A stretch of 64,000 nt of DNA from an uncultured virus (IMG/VR IMGVR_UViG_3300037963_002172) (lineage: Duplodnaviria > Heunggongvirae > Uroviricota > Caudoviricetes): IMG/VR virus record IMGVR_UViG_3300037963_002172; one strand, written 5' to 3'. The translations under genes and the position numbers were made by a program. Positions 57,472 to 64,000 of this stretch are shown in pieces. Each line of letters starts with the position of its first letter. The stretch's first letter is position 1. The notes under the pieces were generated by a model. That model was given only the letters and a program-made list of their open reading frames with translations, did not search any database and was not told where the DNA came from.

Positions 57472-57547
57472 TTTATTTTATACGAATTTTTATTTCGCAT
57501 TCTTCATTTGCAGGGTGAGCGGCTGCGGGGTGAGCAGGGTTCAGGCC

Positions 57548-57581
57548 AAAAAAAAAGACCGCATAAAGCGGCCTCTTTTTT
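57548..57581 (-). terminator. Intrinsic terminator (potentially bidirectional)
   Basis: GAGGCCGC-tttat-GCGGTCTT plus T-tract. Confidence 0.8.
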
Positions 57582-57599
57582 GGTCGTGTACGACTAATT
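57580..57599. promoter_or_regulatory. Palindromic operator-like motif, copy 2
   Basis: TTGGTCGT-GT-ACGACTAATT. Confidence 0.6.
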
Positions 57600-58287
57600 A
57601 GCTGATATCATATCTGCCTACATAGGTGCATTCTTCGGGTAGTGTTACACTATCCACTTCGATTACTACTCTGTCGCTACATCTGTAAAGCATATCCATT
57701 TCATTTCTGTTAAACACTACGTGTCCATTTTCATAATGGTATTCTCTTAACTTTTTACCATTTGCATATCTACTTCCTGATAAATCTTTACTTCTTAATC
57801 TGTATTTCTTTATCATACGAATTATAAAATCGTGGTCTCTAGTGTCTGAAACGTATCTCTTTTCCATTAGGTTGTTTGCTTCAGATTGTGCGTCAAAAAT
57901 TAGCGGCAATACATTTTCCACCATATGCACTTTGCTCCAGTTTAACTCCATATACGTGGTTGAGCTTTGTCTCAACTTTGGGTGTTGAGAGTGCAAAAAC
58001 AATTGTTTAAGCGGTTTAAATTGCGTGGCATTTAATCTGACTGTTTGACTATTCCAAACTCCAGTTCCTATCGGAAATGATAACCCCTTTGCTTCCCAGT
58101 TTGCGTAATAAGTGTAGCCACTTCTTTGACTGTCTGACAAAGTTTTAACAAATTTACATCTGAAATGTTCTTCTTTGTGCGGTGTAATTTGCTGAAAGAA
58201 GAAAGATTTCAAAACAATTTTTAGATTGTTTCTTTGTGCTTTTGTAAGCTTTATGCGTGAGTGCATTAATCTTGTGTGTGTGTTCAT
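57598..58287 (-). CDS. Hypothetical early protein
   Basis: ORF track, 229 aa. Confidence 0.75.
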   Translation of the reverse strand: MNTHTRLMHSRIKLTKAQRNNLKIVLKSFFFQQITPHKEEHFRCKFVKTLSDSQRSGYTYYANWEAKGLSFPIGTGVWNSQTVRLNATQFKPLKQLFLHSQHPKLRQSSTTYMELNWSKVHMVENVLPLIFDAQSEANNLMEKRYVSDTRDHDFIIRMIKKYRLRSKDLSGSRYANGKKLREYHYENGHVVFNRNEMDMLYRCSDRVVIEVDSVTLPEECTYVGRYDIS

Positions 58288-58311
58288 TTTATTTAATTTA
58301 AATTATTAATT

Positions 58312-58360
58312 CTGTTTCTGCCTTTTGGCTTCATCAGTAGCAATACACATTGCTAAACAG
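58312..58360 (-). ncRNA. Type III hammerhead ribozyme, variant with A10.1-A11.1
   Basis: Minus strand CUG-UU|UAGCAAU-GUGU-AUUGCUA-CUGAUGA-A-GCC-AAAA-GGC-A-GAAA-CAG: complete core and three stems; intergenic. Confidence 0.8.
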
Positions 58361-58388
58361 GAGCAGTTTTAACAGGTGCTCAGCTGTG
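58361..58388 (-). ncRNA. Predicted H-type pseudoknot abutting the hammerhead
   Basis: ACAG-cu-GAGCA-c-CUGU-uaaaac-UGCUC. Confidence 0.55.
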
Positions 58389-58392
58389 CGAA

Positions 58393-59469
58393 TCATCTTC
58401 TGCGGGCAAATTCGATTGCTCTTGCGTTCCATAATCTGAACGCTTTAGGCGTTGTAATTGGCCTAACAGTGTTGGCATCGAATCGATTATAAATCCAAAT
58501 AAACTCCATTACTTTTTCATTAATCTTGTTGCTTTTTAGCATTCTTCTGAACGCTTTTGACAATTCGATTAACTCGTTTACTTTGGTTTCATTGTCGTTA
58601 TACATCGACAATAAAATCGGCTTTGCTTTCTTAATAAACTTCGCATAAGTCCCTCTATCATTGACCGCAAAATCTACTAGCAGCTGCATTAACTTATATC
58701 TGTTAATCATTTGCTTTACACTGGTAAAGCGGCTCCACAATCTGAATTCAAGTAATTTGTTACCTGATTTCTCGAATATAGGTTGGTACTTCGTACGCTC
58801 TTGATTAATTCTAGTCGAATAGCTTTCAGCGTTCGTTCTAGCGGTTATGTTATTGCAGCAATACTGGTTAGCTAATCTTTTACGATTAAGTGCGTAAAGT
58901 ATTGCGTAATAAGGCCTCATCAGTGCATTTAACTCGCTTGCGGTGTGCTCTGTGCTCGATACTGTAATATGTCCCCCACATCTATAAGACCCAGTTTGAT
59001 TCATCTCATCGCTTTGGCTGTAAGCTTCATCAATTAAAGTGTCGGCCTGATACATCAGGTTAAACATTTTGTTTCTCCATACAGATGAAGGCACAAGAGG
59101 AAGAATATTTGTAATGGCCTCAAGACCGCAGCTGCCATCTCTTTCAATTCCTTTCATTAACTGGCAAAAATTTTGCAGTTCGCTGCCTCTCAAAACCTCT
59201 CTAGATATTCTCGATTTCTCGACTTCCATACCGATAGTAAATTTTGCTTTGTAAACGTATTGACCGCTCTCGCAAACTCTCGATATATTACCCGCTCTTT
59301 GTCTTGCATTCAGGCCTCTTAAATCAACTTCAAAAGGCGTGCTCGCATAGTTTTCAGGGTTTGGGCTTTGTTGATATCCCTGAACAACTGTTCTAGAGAC
59401 TGTACGACCGCTGCTATTTGCAGCTGTTAAGCTTAATTTGTCGTACTTTTTTCCGATTAAATTTTTCAT
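58393..59469 (-). CDS. Putative amidoligase (glutamine-synthetase-fold COOH-NH2 ligase, Amidoligase_2-like)
   Basis: FTIGMEVE, E.DGS...E, CGGHI.VS and LEFR motifs; neighbours GATase-II/GGCT. Confidence 0.8.
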   Translation of the reverse strand: MKNLIGKKYDKLSLTAANSSGRTVSRTVVQGYQQSPNPENYASTPFEVDLRGLNARQRAGNISRVCESGQYVYKAKFTIGMEVEKSRISREVLRGSELQNFCQLMKGIERDGSCGLEAITNILPLVPSSVWRNKMFNLMYQADTLIDEAYSQSDEMNQTGSYRCGGHITVSSTEHTASELNALMRPYYAILYALNRKRLANQYCCNNITARTNAESYSTRINQERTKYQPIFEKSGNKLLEFRLWSRFTSVKQMINRYKLMQLLVDFAVNDRGTYAKFIKKAKPILLSMYNDNETKVNELIELSKAFRRMLKSNKINEKVMEFIWIYNRFDANTVRPITTPKAFRLWNARAIEFARRR

Positions 59470-59495
59470 TGTTTGTGTGTGTTTAATTAATAAAT

Positions 59496-60203
59496 TTATT
59501 CTACTATTCCGACTGATATTCCAGTGTCAATATCAACAAATTCCTCGCTAGCAATAGGGTTTCCAGTGTCTACACCAGTTAGAACGCTAACTCCCGCTAA
59601 TTTGCTCGCTAGAAATTGCATTGCTTTTACGATTTCATCTTGCTCGTTTTTGCTAGTTAGTTCCATATTTTCGTTAATTCTAACGGCAATATTTCGCTCA
59701 GCGTTTTGGTCTACTTCTTTCACTTTAAAAGCTAGCGTGAAGATAGTCGGCACAGTAGCTGATACGCTTTCTTCTTCGTTTGTTACCAGTGCTTTGACAT
59801 ATTTGTTAAAATTGTCGATAGAACGAACAACATTTTTTCCGCTTTCTTCTTCTTCGTTACACTTCTGTAAAAAATCGCTCACATAGTTCGGGTTAACTGT
59901 AGTGCTTTTGTAAGCTTTGCACATTCTGTTCATTTGACTCTGTTTTACGTTAAAAAACTTCATCGACATTTCTTCAATTGACCAGATTTGTAAATCATTC
60001 TGTTCGAATAATCTTTGTGTAGCTGGTTTCTTTAACCATTTTTTGCATTCTAAAGCTAATTTTCCTTGCTGAATTTTAGCGTTTAATTTGGTTGCAGTAC
60101 TAGTGTTAATTTGCTCATCTAATACACTGATTTGAGCGTACGTGTTTTGAAAAGTTCTAGAATTTTCTAGCATTTGTCTTTCCATTTCTAATAAATTTCT
60201 CAT
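59496..60203 (-). CDS. Hypothetical protein, first gene of the early arm
   Basis: ORF track, 235 aa. Confidence 0.8.
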   Translation of the reverse strand: MRNLLEMERQMLENSRTFQNTYAQISVLDEQINTSTATKLNAKIQQGKLALECKKWLKKPATQRLFEQNDLQIWSIEEMSMKFFNVKQSQMNRMCKAYKSTTVNPNYVSDFLQKCNEEEESGKNVVRSIDNFNKYVKALVTNEEESVSATVPTIFTLAFKVKEVDQNAERNIAVRINENMELTSKNEQDEIVKAMQFLASKLAGVSVLTGVDTGNPIASEEFVDIDTGISVGIVE

Positions 60204-60391
60204 TTTGTTTTATTTTTTTATGAGATTATGCGGGCAATATTACCCTCGAATTTACTCCTAATATTGTCAAGTTTTACCCTGAAATTAGTCCAGTTTGTCG
60301 GCTTGTTGTCTATTAGTCGTGCATTCATAGTGTAATAATAGTTTAATTTAATCATATATGCAAGTATTTTCAACAGTATTTTTGCGGCTTG

Positions 60392-60413
60392 AATTGGTCG
60401 TATACGACTAATT
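60392..60413. promoter_or_regulatory. Palindromic operator-like motif, copy 3
   Basis: AATTGGTCGT-AT-ACGACTAATT. Confidence 0.6.
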
Positions 60414-60832
60414 ATTTTTATATCTGTTGTTCAGGGTGTTACAAAAATTTAACTGGAGCGTGTTCAATTAGTTTTGTTTGGGGTGTTTTTAGGCGGGTAA
60501 TAGGCGGCCTTTAATCTCTGTTTAAGAGCATTAAAGTTTTATTATTTACCCCGATATTAAAATAAAAAAGTAATTCCCCCTATGATTTATTTTTACTGGT
60601 AAAAAAATCGTAGAATAATTAGGGCAAATGAGACAATAAAAAAACTATTCTTATCTGTAGCAGCTATTTTAAAAAAGCTAAAAAAATCTAGATAAAACGA
60701 AAAAAAATCAGACCCCACCTTGCAAAAAAAAAATCGTTTTCTGTCAGCGGCACACAGCGTATATCGGTATGGAACCTCTCACCTCTAATTATCTCATATA
60801 AATTTTGTATCTTTACAAAAAAAATAATAGTT

Positions 60833-61084
60833 ATGTCTTATCAAAAACCTAACCCGAGTCCTAAGGTTGTACTAAAGCAGCCTTCAGCTAGTAACTACGT
60901 TGATGGATTAGAAATCAGAAACGGTAGATTAATCAATATGCGTCCTGCGTCTATGATGGGTATTGAACAAGCTGCAATGTATAGACAGCAAATGAAGAAG
61001 CAATACAAAATAGATTGCATAGCAGACGGAATTGAAAGAGCGAAAATGAGAATGGACGGAGATAGAGATATATACGAAATGTAA
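60833..61084 (+). CDS. Hypothetical protein (monocistronic)
   Basis: ORF track; TATCTTTA at 60808 upstream and a terminator downstream. Confidence 0.75.
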   Translation: MSYQKPNPSPKVVLKQPSASNYVDGLEIRNGRLINMRPASMMGIEQAAMYRQQMKKQYKIDCIADGIERAKMRMDGDRDIYEM

Positions 61085-61116
61085 CAATATAGTTTGTTTG
61101 TTTGTTTGTTGAGAGA

Positions 61117-61148
61117 AAGGGGGTAACAATCAGTTATCCTCTTTTTTT
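61117..61148 (+). terminator. Intrinsic terminator
   Basis: AAGGGGGTAAC-aatca-GTTATCCTCTT plus T-tract. Confidence 0.75.
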
Positions 61149-61332
61149 ATGTCGAGTTGTAAAGTCTTATGCTGATTTTATGTCAGAAATATGTCGATTA
61201 TAAAACTGTAAGTACTTGATTTTAAATACTTATGTCGATTATGTCGATTTCAAAACGATTCTGTATTTAAATTTTTTTTTAATAGTACGTATATAAATAT
61301 ATATATATATGTAAACGCATAGGTTCGACATA
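61148..61332. repeat. Origin-like element B: TATGTCG iterons + IHF box + AT-rich tract
   Basis: TATGTCG or variants at 61148, 61168, 61179, 61190, 61231 and 61240; TAAgtacTTGATT at 61209; inverted TCGACATA at 61325. Confidence 0.7.
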
Positions 61333-61354
61333 GATTCTTTTAATTATAAGTTTG

Positions 61355-61362
61355 TATATTTG
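61355..61362 (+). promoter_or_regulatory. Bacteroidota -7 promoter element
   Basis: TATATTTG upstream of groEL. Confidence 0.65.
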
Positions 61363-61385
61363 CTATAAATTAAATCAAATATAAT

Positions 61386-63014
61386 ATGAACCCACAAGCT
61401 GGAGGCTATACGCCCAAAGACCTGAGATTTGGAGAATCAGGCAGAACTTCACTAATAAACGGAATCACTAAAATTGCTAACGCAGTTAAATCTACACTCG
61501 GCCCACGAGGACATACAGTATTGATTGAGTCCCCGAGTCACACACGAGGTATGACTATAACGAAAGACGGAGTTACTGTAGCTAAGTCAGTAAACTTAAT
61601 TCATCCAGTAGAAAACCTTGCGGTTACAATGATGAAAGAAGCTGCATCTAATACAGCGACTACTGCTGGTGATGGGACTACTACAGCTATTGTATTGACA
61701 GAAGCATTAGTAAAAGCTGGTAATGATATAATTAAAGAGAATCATAATAGAACAGAAATACTACGAAGTGTTAACTATGAGGTAAAGAATATTATTAAGA
61801 GTTTAAAGTCATATTCAAAACCAATTAGTAAAAGAAGATTAAAAGACGTAGCTATTATTTCAGCGAATGGGGATAAAGAGATAGGTACTATAATATCTAA
61901 CACATACAACGAGGTTGGTAAGAACGGTATAGTAACAGTCGAGCGTTCACAAACAAGTGATACATATAATGAGATTACTAACGGTATCAAGGTAGAGAAA
62001 GGTATGAACTCTCCATTGTTTATCAATGACCAGAAAAAAGATGAGTGTGTTTTAGAGGATTGTTATATATTAGTATGTGATGCGTCAGTAGACAACATAC
62101 TTAATATTGAAAACATATTAAAACCTATAATACAAGAAAACAAAAAACTATTGATGATATGTCCAACGAGTGAGAATGTATTGAATACTCTTGCAGCTAA
62201 TGTTGTAAAACGTAAACTCAATGTATGTAATATTAATCCTCCGCAGTTTGGATATAAACAAACGGAACTAATGCAAGACATTGCGGTCTCTGTAAATGCA
62301 AAATACTTTTCAGAAAAGACTGGTGATGATTTAAGCTTAATTACTTTTGGTGATTTAGGTCACGCTGCTAAGGTGATAGTTAGTAGAGACTCTACAGTCA
62401 TCATTAAAGACCCCGAAGTTACTGATGCTGTAGTAGAGGAAAGAGTAGAACAACTGTGGGAAAGTCATAAGTTAACGACAAAAAAAGCAGATAAAGATTT
62501 TATCTTGTCTCGAATAGCATCATTAACTGGTGGGATAGGTGTTATATATGTAGGAGGTCAAACTGATATTGAACAAAAAGAATTATACGATAGAGTAGAT
62601 GATGCAGTATGTGCAGTACGTTCAGCATTTGCTGAGGGAATACTACCAGGCGGTGGAACAGCATTGTATCATATAGCTAAAGTATACGATACCCTAAGTG
62701 ACAAAGAAGAAAAAATTTCGAAAAAAATTGCTTACGCAATTTTAGGTAAAGCACTGAAAGCACCTCTTCAACAAATATTAACTAATGCAGGTCTAAACGA
62801 TGAAGAGATATATGAAGGCATCTTAGAACCTAAACACGGATACGATGTAAAGAATGAAATGTATGGAGACTTAGTAGAGCTCGGTGTAATAGACCCACTC
62901 AAAGTTACTAAGCACGCATTGAAAAATTCTGTATCAGTTGCAACCACTATACTAAGTACTAACGCTATAATAACAATGGCTAGAACATATGAAGCAAATG
63001 AAACCTCTAAATAA
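61386..63014 (+). CDS. groEL: Chaperonin GroEL
   Basis: TLGPRG, ITKDGVTVAK, AGDGTTTA, GILPGGG and GVIDPLKV motifs. Confidence 0.97.
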   Translation: MNPQAGGYTPKDLRFGESGRTSLINGITKIANAVKSTLGPRGHTVLIESPSHTRGMTITKDGVTVAKSVNLIHPVENLAVTMMKEAASNTATTAGDGTTTAIVLTEALVKAGNDIIKENHNRTEILRSVNYEVKNIIKSLKSYSKPISKRRLKDVAIISANGDKEIGTIISNTYNEVGKNGIVTVERSQTSDTYNEITNGIKVEKGMNSPLFINDQKKDECVLEDCYILVCDASVDNILNIENILKPIIQENKKLLMICPTSENVLNTLAANVVKRKLNVCNINPPQFGYKQTELMQDIAVSVNAKYFSEKTGDDLSLITFGDLGHAAKVIVSRDSTVIIKDPEVTDAVVEERVEQLWESHKLTTKKADKDFILSRIASLTGGIGVIYVGGQTDIEQKELYDRVDDAVCAVRSAFAEGILPGGGTALYHIAKVYDTLSDKEEKISKKIAYAILGKALKAPLQQILTNAGLNDEEIYEGILEPKHGYDVKNEMYGDLVELGVIDPLKVTKHALKNSVSVATTILSTNAIITMARTYEANETSK

Positions 63015-63255
63015 ATATATAGCAGTAGATATTATCGAAGAAGAAATAACTACAGACTCAGGATTAATATTGTCAGACAAAGACAAAGACTCATTACGTT
63101 ATCGTAAAGCTGTAGTCATAGAACCAGGTACAGAGGTTACAACTCTATCTAAGGGAGATACTATCTATTATGATAGTAGGTCAGGATACACTATGTTGAT
63201 TGACAATGTAAAGTGTACAATTATTTCTGAGAGAGACGTTGTAGTTGTTGTCTAG
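62989..63255 (+). CDS. groES: Co-chaperonin GroES
   Basis: MKPL...TDSGLIL...AVVIEPG..V....GD.I.Y...I.ERDV. Confidence 0.9.
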   Translation: MKQMKPLNKYIAVDIIEEEITTDSGLILSDKDKDSLRYRKAVVIEPGTEVTTLSKGDTIYYDSRSGYTMLIDNVKCTIISERDVVVVV

Positions 63256-63652
63256 ATTTATTTAAATCTTTTATAAAGTTCCTATATACTTTATCAGTAT
63301 AAGATACCTTTCTTAAAAATAACGGATTGTCTTTTGACATTGGTATGTCTTCACCGTTAAGTTTCTTATATATACTATTGATTACCCTCTTAGCTTTATA
63401 AGACAATTGATATAAAGCTTTTTGTTTACCAGAACGTTTACGAAAAACTTCTATCCACTTGTCCCTCAATAACTTATCAAACCTATTGACATTCCAACTC
63501 AAGAGTTCATCAAACTCTTTAAACTTGTCTTTGCTAAAGTAATCTTCTGAGTATAAAAACAACATCATATCTAACTCTCCAGTAGTCAAACCATACTTTG
63601 CTTTTACCCAATAACGTACAACACGCCAGTACTTTAAGTAATTAAATTCCAT
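63221..63652 (-). CDS. Putative winged-helix (MarR-like) DNA-binding protein
   Basis: YGLT..EL.M.LFL...L....WI..........YQLS.KA pattern. Confidence 0.55.
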   Translation of the reverse strand: MEFNYLKYWRVVRYWVKAKYGLTTGELDMMLFLYSEDYFSKDKFKEFDELLSWNVNRFDKLLRDKWIEVFRKRSGKQKALYQLSYKAKRVINSIYKKLNGEDIPMSKDNPLFLRKVSYTDKVYRNFIKDLNKSRQQLQRLSQK

Positions 63653-63665
63653 TTTAATAAATTTG

Positions 63666-63673
63666 TATCTTTG
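63666..63673 (+). promoter_or_regulatory. Bacteroidota -7 promoter element at the head of the small-gene/late operon
   Basis: TATCTTTG, 16 nt before the ATG at 63690. Confidence 0.7.
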
Positions 63674-63689
63674 TAAAAATAAGAAAATA

Positions 63690-63851
63690 ATGGCAGATAC
63701 AGATTACAATTATTTAGAGGAGTGGAAAAAGTCCGCTAAAAAAAATAAAAAGACTACCAAAGTATATAATAAACCTAAACGAAAAAAGATATTAGGATTG
63801 GCAGGTCTACAAACATTTGCCGCTACGTATAAACCTAAAGATAAAAAATAA
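63690..63851 (+). CDS. Small basic protein
   Basis: ATG at 63690 preferred because the track start lies in the promoter. Confidence 0.7.
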   Translation: MADTDYNYLEEWKKSAKKNKKTTKVYNKPKRKKILGLAGLQTFAATYKPKDKK

Positions 63852-64000
63852 TGCCAACAGTTAATTACAGTTGTCCAGACACGGGCAAGCCAATGAAAAA
63901 AGAATTTCCATATACAGCAGTGGGTAAAGCACAAGCTGATACCTTTGCAAAACTTATGGGTGGTAAGAAAAAAAATAATCCTAACAGATATTCAAGCGGG
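63851..64000 (+). CDS. Small protein spanning the circular junction (stop at 54-56)
   Basis: MPTVNYSCPDTGKPMKKEFPYTAVGKAQA...NNPNRYSSG continues into Y-stop at 51-56. Confidence 0.8.
   Translation, partial: MPTVNYSCPDTGKPMKKEFPYTAVGKAQADTFAKLMGGKKKNNPNRYSSG
63951..64000. repeat. Terminal direct repeat, right copy
   Basis: Identical to 1-50. Confidence 0.95.

Noticed and set aside
57513..57545. GGGTGAGC direct repeat / G-quadruplex-like patch
   Set aside because: Only two 8-bp copies and three G3+ runs; insufficient support for a function

Overview
The window is an apparently complete, circularly permuted ~63,950-bp genome of an AT-rich, podovirus-like tailed phage; bases 1-50 are repeated exactly at 63951-64000. 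A Bacteroidota (probably marine flavobacterial) host is inferred from many TAnnTTTG promoters and A-rich starts without Shine-Dalgarno sequences. The + strand arm carries GroEL/GroES, a run of tiny basic proteins, a secreted/outer-membrane trio, the lysis genes, tail-fibre paralogues, terminase, portal, capsid, tail and three ejection proteins, the last of 2973 aa. The - strand arm (44.5-60.2 kb) carries early and replication genes: primase-helicase, SNF2 helicase, VRR-NUC, exonuclease/annealase, two DnaA-domain-IV proteins and an amidoligase + GATase-II/GGCT module. I recognised no DNA polymerase, integrase, tRNA or CRISPR. The most notable unannotated signals are: (1) a pseudoknot + variant hammerhead ribozyme directly after the amidoligase gene; (2) two identically spaced TATGTCG-iteron/IHF/AT-rich elements flanking the early region; (3) a kinase-like cassette bounded by QLSQ motifs plus a zincin motif in the giant ejection protein; (4) a GATase-GGCT fusion broken by one in-frame TGA; (5) a secreted thioredoxin-fold + beta-barrel pair beside the lysis genes; (6) a thrice-repeated operator-like palindrome. 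All family calls come from motif recognition by eye, not from database searches.
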